Positions 1 through 9,677 of a DNA stretch of 64,000 bases are shown in pieces; positions within the stretch are counted from its first letter, which is position 1, and every line of letters begins with the position of its first letter. Made by a program: the position numbers and the translations under genes. The notes below the pieces were generated by a model. The model was given only the letters and a program-made list of their open reading frames with translations, ran no database searches and had not been told where the DNA came from. This stretch comes from Gemmatales bacterium (GTDB taxonomy: Bacteria; Planctomycetota; Planctomycetia; Gemmatales; HRBIN36): the NCBI GenBank assembly GCA_041640595.1, contig JBEPZY010000001.1, positions 224,001 to 288,000 on the forward strand, given 5' to 3'.

Positions 1-174
1 CGCTCGTTTTGCCGGTGTAGAGTGTTAGCGAGCGTCATCGCTCGAAAAAAGTACGCCAACGTTTCGAAACGGGGAATGGTACGCTGAGGGATGAACCTCT
101 CGTTCACGGTTCGGAAAAGAAGAACTACCGGGGCCATTCAGGAACAGTCAACCGTCTGGCGGAGAGTGGGTCGT

Positions 175-1230
175 TCACGGTTCGGGAAAAACTGTGATAG
201 TCAGGGAGGTTCGCCACTCCTGGCCCGGCTGCAGGATTCGCAAGCCGCTGGCAACACCGCGTTGGTGGAGATTGATCGCATCGGTGACGCAGGTGTACGG
301 CTCGATGCAAACCGCCTGGCGATGTGGTGGCACAAAAAGCACCAGGTCGCGGAAATGCGGTTCGGTCTGGATACGGATGGCGAAGTGCCGTCGGCGGTCG
401 CGGAGCAAAACGACCAGCGGAGCGTTTTCCGTCGCCGGGAGGAATCGGAAGGCATCATCCCAGGCCGGGAGCGGTTCGGTGGTGCAAGGGTCGAGCAATT
501 GCCGATCCTGGACTCGCAGCGGCAGGAGTCGGCCCGTCGGAATCAGGTCGGTCAGTTCCCAGCGTCGTAATTCTGCTCCGGCGTGCCGGGCACTTTCGAC
601 AAGCACCTGGGCATCGTCAGCAGGTACGGCGAAATACGGATGAAAGCCCAGGCCGAACGGTAACGGAACAATATCGGGGTTGTACACAGTCACCTCGGCG
701 GATAGCTCTACGCTCGGGCTGGGCTGATTGCGTTCGCGGAGTTGCCAGGTCAGCGTAACGGTGAAATCCGCCGGCCACAAGGAAAGCCGGTCTGGTGCGT
801 GCTGCGATAACCGAAACTGTCCGGTAACTTGCGATGGCGAACCTTGCTCCGTCGCCCGAAGTAACGTCCAGGGCCGGTCAGCAACGAAACCGTGAATGGC
901 ATGGCGTTGCTGCGGGTCGTTGATCGGCAGGCGATATTCCCGACCCGACCAATGATAGACCCCGCCGCGGATGCGATTCGGAAACGGGAAAAGCACGGGG
1001 ATGCCGAAGCGGAACGGGGATAGCGGTTCGGCACCCGGTGCGAGGCTGGCGGAGGTCTCGCACGAACCGCCCGGCCAGAGGATTTCCAGAGCCTGTCCGC
1101 TCAGGCGGGTGAACCAGCGGGCACAATTGAAACCGCAGTCTATAAGCACGTCGGCCTGGCTGCGAGCCGAAACCGATCGCAGCGTCTGGCTCAGCTTGCC
1201 AGGAAAACACCAGTGCCGGGAAGCGCTCAT
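175..1230 (-). CDS. aldose 1-epimerase (galactose mutarotase-like) family protein
   Basis: GIPVLFPFPNRI, HAIHG, FGLGFHPYF and CIEPYT motifs; start overlaps the rfbB stop. Confidence 0.85.
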   Translation of the reverse strand: MSASRHWCFPGKLSQTLRSVSARSQADVLIDCGFNCARWFTRLSGQALEILWPGGSCETSASLAPGAEPLSPFRFGIPVLFPFPNRIRGGVYHWSGREYRLPINDPQQRHAIHGFVADRPWTLLRATEQGSPSQVTGQFRLSQHAPDRLSLWPADFTVTLTWQLRERNQPSPSVELSAEVTVYNPDIVPLPFGLGFHPYFAVPADDAQVLVESARHAGAELRRWELTDLIPTGRLLPLRVQDRQLLDPCTTEPLPAWDDAFRFLPATENAPLVVLLRDRRRHFAIRIQTEPHFRDLVLFVPPHRQAVCIEPYTCVTDAINLHQRGVASGLRILQPGQEWRTSLTITVFPEP

Positions 1231-2303
1231 GGCAGTGCGGACGCCGGAAGCTTGCTGCTATCGGGCGGGGGAGCGGGCCAGCCAGGGGATTGTTCCAATC
1301 GCTGGCGGTAATGCAGGTCGTAGAAGCGACGGTATTCGCCGTGGCGAACCTGCTGGAGCCAGTCGCGGTGCTCCTGATACCAGGCGATAGTTTGCCGCAA
1401 ACCCTGCTCGAAAGGTATGGTCGCACGCCAGCCGAGTTCGCCCTCGATTTTGCTAACATCCATCGCGTAGCGGCGATCGTGACCGGGACGGTCTGCGACG
1501 AAACGAATCAGCGAAGTCGGTTTGCCCAGTTCCCGACAAAGAAGCAAGGCGATTTCCAGGTTGGTTTTTTCGCAACGGCCACCGATGTTGTACACTTCGC
1601 CAATGCGTCCAGCTTCCCACACACGCCACAGGGCCCGGCAATGGTCGTGCACGTGAATCCAGTCGCGCACCTGCTGACCGTCGCCATATAGCGGCACCGG
1701 CTGGTCGTCGAGTAACTGGGTAATGGCCAGCGGAATGAATTTTTCCGGGAACTGGTACGGCCCGTAATTGTTGGAACAGCGGGTAATGATGACCGGCAAG
1801 CCGAACGTGTGAACGTAACTGCGCACGAGCAAATCGGCAGCGGCTTTACTGGCGGCGTAAGGACTGTTCGGCGCCAGCGGCGTGGATTCAGTAAAAGCGC
1901 CGGTCGGCCCCAGCGAACCGTACACTTCGTCGGTGGAAACGTGAATAAACCGCTCTACGCCGAACTCCCGAGCGGCGTCGAGCAGTACCTGGGTGCCGAG
2001 CACATTGGTGCGAATGAAAGGCGTGGCGTCGTAAATGCTGCGATCGACATGGGATTCGGCAGCGAAGTGGAAGACGCTGTGGACTCCTTCGCAAAAGATG
2101 CGCCGCACCAGTTCCCGGTCGGCTATGTCGCCGCGGATAAACACGTGTCGGGGATCGGCCAGCACGTCGGCGAGATTGGCCAGGTTGCCGGCATAGGTCA
2201 GGGCGTCGAGATTGAGGACGGTGATGTCCGGGCGCTGCTGCAGCGTCAGCCGGATGAAGTTGCTGCCGATAAAACCGCAACCGCCGGTGACCAGAATGCG
2301 CAT
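1227..2303 (-). CDS. rfbB: dTDP-glucose 4,6-dehydratase
   Basis: ILVTGGCGFIGSNF, AAESHVDRS, STDEVYG, YAASKA, RCSNNYGP, RPGHDRRY. Confidence 0.95.
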   Translation of the reverse strand: MRILVTGGCGFIGSNFIRLTLQQRPDITVLNLDALTYAGNLANLADVLADPRHVFIRGDIADRELVRRIFCEGVHSVFHFAAESHVDRSIYDATPFIRTNVLGTQVLLDAAREFGVERFIHVSTDEVYGSLGPTGAFTESTPLAPNSPYAASKAAADLLVRSYVHTFGLPVIITRCSNNYGPYQFPEKFIPLAITQLLDDQPVPLYGDGQQVRDWIHVHDHCRALWRVWEAGRIGEVYNIGGRCEKTNLEIALLLCRELGKPTSLIRFVADRPGHDRRYAMDVSKIEGELGWRATIPFEQGLRQTIAWYQEHRDWLQQVRHGEYRRFYDLHYRQRLEQSPGWPAPPPDSSKLPASALP

Positions 2304-2365
2304 CGTCGACGGCCCTAAAATGGCAGGTGATGATCGGAGTGTTCGCCAGTAGCTGTGATCAGCGT

Positions 2366-2381
2366 AGCAAGATCCGTGCCT
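2366..2381 (-). promoter_or_regulatory. putative sigma-54 (-24/-12) promoter for rfbB
   Basis: Minus strand reads AGGCACGGATCTTGCT, a GG-N10-GC match to TGGCAC-N5-TTGC(A/T), about 60 nt upstream of the rfbB start. Confidence 0.5.
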
Positions 2382-2430
2382 GCGGGCAATCGTCCTGTAG
2401 CAGAAGTGCGACCAAAATCTGGCCGTTTTC

Positions 2431-2459
2431 TTGACGCCTGGCTAGCCATTTCTTACACT
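2431..2459 (+). promoter_or_regulatory. putative sigma-70 promoter for the HU gene
   Basis: TTGACG-17 nt-TACACT, about 90 nt upstream of the GTG start. Confidence 0.55.
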
Positions 2460-2550
2460 GAACGCGCTTGCTAACGGTACTGAAAAACGGCTCCTGATTT
2501 GTCAGGTGCTAGGAAAAGGTTATCCGTGAGGCTGGGATAGGAGTACGCTG

Positions 2551-2925
2551 GTGACCAAGAAAGAGATTGTCAAACAGATTGCCGACGAAATTGGACTGAC
2601 CCAGACGCAGACGAAGCAGATCGTCCAGAGAACCTTCGACCTGATCATCCAGACGCTGATGGAGAGCGACGATCATCGTATCGAACTGCGGAATTTCGGC
2701 GTGTTCGAGGTGAAGTTGCGCAAAGGTCGGCAGGCGCGCAATCCGCGCACCCGTCAACCGGTAACTGTTCCTGCCAAGCTGGTGGTCACCTTCAAGCCGG
2801 GCAAAAAGATGTCAGAACTGATTGGCCGGCTCAATGTGAGTGATTTCCGACTCGAGCCGGAGCCAGGGCATTCCATCCGCGAACCGATCACTGCGACCGA
2901 ACCGGTGCTCTCTTCGCAGCCGTAA
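2551..2925 (+). CDS. HU/IHF family DNA-binding protein
   Basis: MTKKEIV...[12 protein letters not shown]...ARNPRT...VTFKPGK; GGAG RBS upstream of GTG. Confidence 0.92.
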   Translation: MTKKEIVKQIADEIGLTQTQTKQIVQRTFDLIIQTLMESDDHRIELRNFGVFEVKLRKGRQARNPRTRQPVTVPAKLVVTFKPGKKMSELIGRLNVSDFRLEPEPGHSIREPITATEPVLSSQP

Positions 2926-3171
2926 ACCGCTGAACCGATCGGGTGTTCCGACGCTGACCGAGCGTGCCGAACCGGATGCTGAAGGAGCGCTGATAGCCTA
3001 ATGGCAGACGACGGTGTCGTGCCGGAGCTGCCCAATTGATCCGCATCGTCGGCAAACTCCGCAAAATCGTTCAAGTTTATCCCGGCGTTTGCCGATCATG
3101 TAATGGGCAGCCGAGTCGGAGCCCGCACGAAGGGAGTCTGACCGGTTGGCCGGGAAGTCGGGAGGGTGCGG

Positions 3172-3387
3172 ATGCGAATCACCATCTGGTTGCTGACGGG
3201 ACTGTGTCTGGCCAGCCAAACAGGGTGTTTGCTCAATATCTGGTCCAGCGATCCCGACCGACGTATGAAACAAATGATGACGGTCTCGGAAAATCTGCGT
3301 ATGATTGAAGAGGAGTGGGAACGTTTCTGGTTGATCGATCAGCCGTCGCATCTGACGCCGAATCGGACGCACGGGGGGATTCAGTAG
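3172..3387 (+). CDS. small putative lipoprotein, hypothetical
   Basis: GGAGG RBS 6 nt before ATG at 3172; hydrophobic N-terminus ending QTGC; charged helical mature part. Confidence 0.7.
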   Translation: MRITIWLLTGLCLASQTGCLLNIWSSDPDRRMKQMMTVSENLRMIEEEWERFWLIDQPSHLTPNRTHGGIQ

Positions 3388-3423
3388 GCTGGGCATCGGG
3401 GAACGCATAACAGGGAGCGACGC

Positions 3424-4308
3424 ATGACAATTCTGGGGCGTATCTTTGCCGTGCTGAACTTCTTTATGGCTCTGGTATTCCTGGGTTTCGCCTTCAGCGT
3501 CATGTCGTTGATCAAAGACCCGCGTACTGGGCGAAGCTGGTACGAAGTTTCGGAAGGTTATCGGCAGCAGGTCGAGAGTTTGCAGAAGGACCTGGCTTCC
3601 CAGAAGGAGACGCTGGCCCGGCGGGAAGGCGAATTAAAGAAGGAGCTCGCCGACCGCGAGAGCAAACTCACCGAGGCAGAAAAGCAACTCGCCACGGAAC
3701 GGGGGCTTCGTGAAAAAGCGGAAAAAGAGGCTCAGGATTTGACAAATCGCTTCAAGGAAAGCCAGGTGCTCCTCGAACAGTTGACCAAAGACCTGGATCG
3801 GCGGAGCCAGGAAACGGCAGAACTCAATAAGCGGCTGACCCGTGCTTTGGCGGAAATCACCGAGCGATTGCGGGAAACGGAACTGGAGCGGAATCGTCGC
3901 GTGGTAGCGGAACAGGCTCGGAAGGTGCTGGAAGCGCGAGTAGGGCAGCTCGATCAGGAAGTAGGGCGGTTGCAGTCGGAACTGGAAAAGGAACGCTCGC
4001 AAGCACTGGCTGCCGAACCCAGAGCCGGTTTTGTCGCACCGCGTCCACCTCCGTTTGATGTGCGGGGCCACATTTTGAAAATTGGTCAGGACGGGCTGAT
4101 TGAGATTTCGATCGGCAGCGATGCCGGCTTGATGCGGAACCACACCCTGGAAGTCTTCCGACTGGACCCGAGCCCGGATTACATCGGGCGTGTGGTCATT
4201 CGGGAGGTGGAACCACATCGTGCGGTAGCCCAGTTCCTGAATCGGGAGCAGGCGAAGAAAGCCCGCGTGGGTGATCAGGTGGCCAGCCGCGTGCTCGCCC
4301 GACAGTGA
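3424..4308 (+). CDS. membrane-anchored coiled-coil protein with C-terminal beta domain
   Basis: N-terminal TM, long E/K/L/R heptad region, C-terminal IEISIGSDAGL...LEVFR; RBS present. Confidence 0.75.
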   Translation: MTILGRIFAVLNFFMALVFLGFAFSVMSLIKDPRTGRSWYEVSEGYRQQVESLQKDLASQKETLARREGELKKELADRESKLTEAEKQLATERGLREKAEKEAQDLTNRFKESQVLLEQLTKDLDRRSQETAELNKRLTRALAEITERLRETELERNRRVVAEQARKVLEARVGQLDQEVGRLQSELEKERSQALAAEPRAGFVAPRPPPFDVRGHILKIGQDGLIEISIGSDAGLMRNHTLEVFRLDPSPDYIGRVVIREVEPHRAVAQFLNREQAKKARVGDQVASRVLARQ

Positions 4309-4464
4309 TTCTCGCTGCACTTGCCGCCAGCCTCACAAATGCCAGCGGCCACCTGGCCAAACTCACCATGTCATCGAGCCACAACGTGACTGGCAGCGAA
4401 TCAGCATAAAGTCGGCCGGGAATTTCTCCGGATTGTATCTGCTACCGGGGCGGGAGAAACGATC

Positions 4465-4656
4465 ATGCCGCGAACCGATGAGGGTTACGAGCCGAAACCA
4501 CGCAACGATGCGTACACGATCCTGATGCTCATTTCGCTGCTGGCCATGATTGCCGCGTGTGCCATTTTGTACTTTGAGTTGCGTAAATATCCGCCGGGTC
4601 AGCTTGTGCCACCCGAAACCTACGGTCCGAAGCCATCCGGCCGCCCAATCCGCTAA
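4465..4656 (+). CDS. small single-TM hypothetical protein
   Basis: GGAG RBS; DAYTILMLISLLAMIAACAILYFEL transmembrane segment. Confidence 0.65.
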   Translation: MPRTDEGYEPKPRNDAYTILMLISLLAMIAACAILYFELRKYPPGQLVPPETYGPKPSGRPIR

Positions 4657-4784
4657 ACGCCAGCGCTTCGCTTCCTCCGACGTTTTTTTGTTACGAAGCC
4701 ACTGCGAACTAACGTCTGTCGCTCCTGGTCATGTGCTCGCCAGGCGCTATGCAATCGTTTTCCGCTGCTAATGTGCCGTTGTCA

Positions 4785-5522
4785 CCCACGGCGGGCTGAC
4801 GCCCGCTGCTCTCTGCGTTCCTCAGTCGCCGATTAGCGCCTGATTTTACCGCTCAGGGCTGGCTTCACACACCACGGCGGGCTGACGCCCGCCTTGCTGG
4901 ACGAAAGCGTTCGCAATTGCAACTGCGTTACTCACACCCACGGCGGGCTGACGCCCGCCGCTCTTGTGAACGTGCGTTTGTGTACCGCGAATGTCGTCAT
5001 TCTTCCGGCGGACGGTCGTTGCAACAGCGCCAGGAGCGGGGGGCGTAAGCCCCCCGTGGGGACTATTAACGCGAATGCAACAGGCATCCGCACATACACT
5101 GTCGGCGGTCTGCCGAACAGGAGCGCTTGTGTCGGCGCAAACGTGTTTCCCACACCCACGGCGGGCTGACGTGTGTCGCTCTCTGCGTTCGCCAGTCGCC
5201 GATAGGGGCCTGATTTTTACCGCGCAGGGCCGGCTTCACACACCACGGCGGGCTGATGCCCGCCGCTCTTGATGACGACGGTCGTTGCTCACGACGAAAT
5301 CGTTTCCGGTTGCAAGTGCGTTACCCGTGCGAACGGCGGGCTGATGCCCGCCGCTCTTGGTGCGTGTTCGGCTGTGCATGGCAAATTGCGCATTTCGCAG
5401 CGAACAAACGTCGTGCACCAGGAGCGGCTGACGTAAGCCAGCCGTGGGAAACCTTGCGTATTCATCGGCACGAAACGCGTATTTGCCACAACATCGGCGC
5501 ATGCAGTTTGGAGCGGCTGGCG
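4785..5522. repeat. REP/REPIN-like palindromic repeat array 1
   Basis: CACGGCGGGCTGA(C/T)GCCCGCCGCTC-like copies at ~4787, 4873, 4939, 5157, 5244, 5333; inverted copies at 5034, 5422 and a partial one at 5511; lies between convergent genes. Confidence 0.85.
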
Positions 5523-5669
5523 CAGTTGTGCTGGTTTTTGCGTGTGATGACGGCAAGCCGAGCGGCAACTTTCATGGAGAGGCCGACGGCAGTGCCTCAG
5601 GCCAGCAGTAACTAACGAGGGCAGGAGTTGCCCATAGTGGTCAAGCGACGCCCGTTTTGAAACGATGAT

Positions 5670-8600
5670 TCAAGGGGTGCCGAGTTCTTCTTTGAGGCGG
5701 CGTTTGTGAATTTCCCGAAGAAGTTCGTTGATCTTTTCCTGAGCCTTGATGAGGTCACGGAGGATTTCGAGAGCCTTGGCGTACTCGATCAGTCCTTTGA
5801 TTTCCTGGATGATCTTCTGGAAGCGTTCGATGAGGAGATTCATCTGAAAAACGGCGGGATCGAAATCGGCTGGTCGAACATTTTGCCTTTGCGTGCGGAG
5901 ACGATCGGCCAGCAATCCGACGACCGTCTGCGCCTGGTCGAATGCTTCGCCGTCGCGTACCAGTTGTTCGAGCGGCCGGCAGATTTTCTCGTCCAGACGA
6001 TCCAGTTCTTTTTGCTGCACGCAGTTGAACCAGAGTTCTCGATGGATGAGTCGCAGATCGCGGATCACTTCCCGCTGCACCAGATCGCGACCGTCGCGCA
6101 CCTGCCGCTGGGCATCCTCGGTATCACGGGCAAACCGCAGGGCTAAATCTTCGCTGAGTTGCTCGGATTCCTGACGCATTTTGACAAGCTGGTCGCGGAC
6201 GGCAACCAGTTTGGCCAGTAAATTATCGCAGCGTTCGCGGATTTCCTCTTCCCGCCGTGAAACATCAATCAGCAGGTCGTTTTCCGTGACCACGTTGAAT
6301 TCAAAGGCAGCGTGATAATAACTGCGTTGCGGTTGCGAAACGAGACGGTCGCCCGCGGCAACGACCATGCGATTATCGGTAGCGGCCAGGCGCACCACGA
6401 GCCGATACGGTGGCGGCAACGGTAGCCGCATCATTTTCCCTTTCCGCTCCGGATCGGGGACTTCGATTTCCCGCGGTATCAGTTCTGTGAAGAGAAACTC
6501 ATCGGCTACGGTCAGGAATGGGGCGCCGATGGGACGGGTTTCATAACGGCACTCGTGTTCGATCACCTGTTCCAGAATGGGAGGCTGGGTGAGAGTCAGG
6601 GCACCAGTGTGGGGAAGCGTAAGCAACGTCGCTGCCGGCAAAGCCCAGCTTTTACCGAGTGTGCCAAGCGGCAAAGCGCGGGCAACGGTTCGCCCAGCCG
6701 CTCCTGCCCGGAACGTAATCGGTTGCGTCCAGCGAGCCAGAGTGTCGCCGCCGGGCCAGTCGAGCTGGTCGAGAGCAGGGGCAGGTAGAGCTGGACTGAA
6801 GGTACGCAAAGGCAAGCGTGTGGGTGGCCCCAGCGGTTTGCCGTCCGGTAAAATCACGCTGACCTCGTATTCCAGTTGCGTCAGGCCATGATCATCCCGC
6901 ACCAGAGCGCTGAAAGGAATGATCGCCCGGGGCGTAATGGCTTCCCGCCGCACTATTTCAAAGCTGGCGTACTGGAATTCCGGCTCTTTATCGGCAACCG
7001 GGACGATGGTAATCCGCCGGGTGTTGCGGATTCCTTCGGTGTCAGTGAAGCGGAAAACTAAGCGAAGCTCCTCGTTACCCAGCGGAGACAGACTCACGCG
7101 GAACTCGTCGCTGCCCGGCGAAAAGACAACCTGGCGCACGTAGGGATTGCGGCTCTCGTGGTGATAGGTTGCCAGGGCAGCGGTAGCGAAAACCCACGGG
7201 GCTGCAGAATGTCCCAGCAAGCTGGTGCCCAGACCGTGCGTGGCTATCGCAGCGTAAAGGTCCGCGGGGCGTTCTTCCTGCAAACCGATCTCCACCGATT
7301 CCAGTGTTTTGGTGGTCTGGCCCAGAAAAGTAATCTGCGACCCAATCGGGGCATCGAAACGTGATTCCTGACCGCTTTCGGTCGGCACCGAGATAGGTCC
7401 GCGGTTGACCCAATCGGTGGAACCGTGGAGATGCCCCGGTTCCAGTTGCCAGCGCCACAATTGCCGCAATGTCGGCAGTGGACGAACCTCGATATAGTAC
7501 CAGGGAGTAACCGCGTCTCCGGCGAAGACACGAAAACGTCGCGGCCTTTCGATGCGGCGAAACTCGTAGTGGTACTGGAAGCTGCCCGGGGAACGATTGA
7601 CTGGCAAACGTTCCAGCTGAGCACGCATTCGCCGGCGCTCTTCTTCGCTGAGAATGTCCTCATACTCGAGAGTGACTTGCTCGTAGAGCCGCAACCGGCG
7701 GAAATAGATGCGTCGCCCCCAATGGCGCTGGTCGGCACGGCGTTGTAATTCGGTGAACAATTCGCCCAGTTGAGCATTGACGGCACGACCCAACGCCAGC
7801 AGGGGAGGTTGTTCCAGCAGACTTTGCAGGTGGCGTTCGAGTTCCGCAGCCGGGAACGCTTGCCAGGATTCCGGCAGGTCACGCCACTCGGCCGCTGTCC
7901 AGGTGAGCGGCGGGGTGTGGGCTGCCCATCCGGTGATCCAGGCGAGCTGTTGCAGGGTGGAGCTACCCAGTTGCGGAACCGGAACGGGGCTCAAGCTGGT
8001 CAGCAGGGCCAGAGCAGCTTCGTCGGTGGTGGCGACCGGACGCCGCAGCAGTTGCAAACGCCGACGGATTTCTTCTCCGCTTATCCGTCGCGCCAGGCGC
8101 AAATGGTCGCGGATTTCCCCCAGCGACCAATCGCGCCACGCTTCCGGTAGCCATCGAGCCAGTTCATCGTCGAAACGCACCAGCGAGCGTTCCGTTTCGG
8201 TGGCGGCCAGAAGTCGCTGTTCCACTCGCGGAAGTAAGTAGTCCACCGCGGCGCGGCCAAGTTCGACAAGATGTTCCAGAGCTTCCGCACGCAACTGCTG
8301 CGCGGACATAGCCTGATGGCGAGCCTCGATTTCATCGAGCGTCAGGCTCTGCCAGTGTAACGGCAAAATGGCCCGCAATTGCGGTGGAGCCACACTGGGT
8401 TGCAATTCCCAGAATCTTCGCCGTTCTCGTGCCCACCAGGCCGCGGGCGAAGCAGAATCCTCAACCGATGGTTGCTCGGTCTCTTCCGGGGGAAAGAGAT
8501 CGTCCCAGGTAGCCGGTCGCCAGCCGCTCGGATGTTCGGGATGGTCGGTGCGGACAACGTTGACCCGAGCGAGGATACGGATGGGCATTTCGCCACCGCT

Positions 8601-9308
8601 GGGAACACCTCGCGTCGGATGCTTTTCAAAGTCGGGCAGCACGAGGAGCACCTGCACAGGCCAGTGCCGCGACTGCCACAAAACGTTGCGTTCCCACCAG
8701 GTCGCTACCCATTCGGTGGCGAAATAGCCGACCGCCAGCGTGGCCAGCCAGGCTCCCAGCATGACCAGCCCCAGACGTGCCAGCCAGGGCCAGTTGAACA
8801 CTTCCCGAACGGGCAACTGCTGCAGACGTTGCTCAGCGCTCTCGGCGGTGTATTCGACGAGCATGTAGGAGTAACCGTAACGCCGAGCCAGCTGGGGATC
8901 GGCCAGTTCCACCGCGGTTACCAATCGCTCTTCCAGCAAATGCGGGAATCGCCGTTCCAGCACCAGTGCCAGCGTCTCCGGCCGAAATGCCACTACCAAC
9001 CGATACAGCAGGCGATAACCGATCAGGTAAGAGACCGCACCCAGTAGCAATGCCCACCAGAAAATCCGGAATACGGCAGCACCGACAGTCGCACTGTCGC
9101 GGACGTAATCCAGTCCAAGCAGCCAGAACAAGCCATAATCCACCAAAAACGACGCCCAGAACCATACCGCCACGGCCATCGCCAGCTGGAGCACAACTTC
9201 CAGCACGATGAATCGGCGAATCCCCCGGCGCACCTGTAGCAGAGGTTGCCGCAATTTCGGCCGTTGTTGCAATAACACCGATTCCGGCGACGCAGGTAGG
9301 GTAGCCAT
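5670..9308 (-). CDS. large membrane protein (N-terminal TMs, beta-rich middle, C-terminal coiled coil), MoxR-cluster associated
   Basis: 1212 aa; N-terminal TMs, LALVLERRFPHL..RLVTAVEL motif, D..P and DDHGL Ig-like segments. Confidence 0.75.
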   Translation of the reverse strand: MATLPASPESVLLQQRPKLRQPLLQVRRGIRRFIVLEVVLQLAMAVAVWFWASFLVDYGLFWLLGLDYVRDSATVGAAVFRIFWWALLLGAVSYLIGYRLLYRLVVAFRPETLALVLERRFPHLLEERLVTAVELADPQLARRYGYSYMLVEYTAESAEQRLQQLPVREVFNWPWLARLGLVMLGAWLATLAVGYFATEWVATWWERNVLWQSRHWPVQVLLVLPDFEKHPTRGVPSGGEMPIRILARVNVVRTDHPEHPSGWRPATWDDLFPPEETEQPSVEDSASPAAWWARERRRFWELQPSVAPPQLRAILPLHWQSLTLDEIEARHQAMSAQQLRAEALEHLVELGRAAVDYLLPRVEQRLLAATETERSLVRFDDELARWLPEAWRDWSLGEIRDHLRLARRISGEEIRRRLQLLRRPVATTDEAALALLTSLSPVPVPQLGSSTLQQLAWITGWAAHTPPLTWTAAEWRDLPESWQAFPAAELERHLQSLLEQPPLLALGRAVNAQLGELFTELQRRADQRHWGRRIYFRRLRLYEQVTLEYEDILSEEERRRMRAQLERLPVNRSPGSFQYHYEFRRIERPRRFRVFAGDAVTPWYYIEVRPLPTLRQLWRWQLEPGHLHGSTDWVNRGPISVPTESGQESRFDAPIGSQITFLGQTTKTLESVEIGLQEERPADLYAAIATHGLGTSLLGHSAAPWVFATAALATYHHESRNPYVRQVVFSPGSDEFRVSLSPLGNEELRLVFRFTDTEGIRNTRRITIVPVADKEPEFQYASFEIVRREAITPRAIIPFSALVRDDHGLTQLEYEVSVILPDGKPLGPPTRLPLRTFSPALPAPALDQLDWPGGDTLARWTQPITFRAGAAGRTVARALPLGTLGKSWALPAATLLTLPHTGALTLTQPPILEQVIEHECRYETRPIGAPFLTVADEFLFTELIPREIEVPDPERKGKMMRLPLPPPYRLVVRLAATDNRMVVAAGDRLVSQPQRSYYHAAFEFNVVTENDLLIDVSRREEEIRERCDNLLAKLVAVRDQLVKMRQESEQLSEDLALRFARDTEDAQRQVRDGRDLVQREVIRDLRLIHRELWFNCVQQKELDRLDEKICRPLEQLVRDGEAFDQAQTVVGLLADRLRTQRQNVRPADFDPAVFQMNLLIERFQKIIQEIKGLIEYAKALEILRDLIKAQEKINELLREIHKRRLKEELGTP

Positions 9309-9429
9309 ATTCGTTCACCAAAAAGCTCAGGGTTTTACTGGGCCGCACGTTTCATCTCAGATGCGGCCGATAATTTCGCGGGTGTGGTGTGCAGCGTTTC
9401 CTGCCCCGATTTCCACCCGTCCTCGCAGC

Positions 9430-9645
9430 AATGTAGCCAGCCTGGCTTAGTAGCCTTATCGGACACACACTGCGATTCGCCGATTGTTGCCGGTAATGCA
9501 GCCAGCCTGGCTTGGGGGAGCGTCTTGATTGGGGACGGTCGGGTAATTTGCCGCGTCAGATTTCGTATATTGGTTGCGCAGCAGACGCGGGTCCAGCCGC
9601 AAGTTGAATGGCCAGGTAATTTGCCGCGTCAGGTTTAGTATTTTG
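9430..9645. repeat. two pairs of intergenic direct repeats
   Basis: AATG(T/C)AGCCAGCCTGGCTT at 9430 and 9495; GGTAATTTGCCGCGTCAG at 9542 and 9615. Confidence 0.7.
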
Positions 9646-9677
9646 CCAAGCGTGGAGAGTCGCAGTCTGCCTGATGC

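Noticed and set aside
4785..5522. CRISPR array interpretation of the hairpin repeats (also 57554-58229)
   Set aside because: Repeats occur in both orientations, spacers vary widely in length and are themselves duplicated, and no cas genes are in the window.
4894..5615. ORFs across the repeat arrays (HGGLTPAAL / TAGLRPPLL / PRRAYARRS peptides; also 57640-58305)
   Set aside because: They are translations of the DNA repeat in several frames, with no protein-family features.
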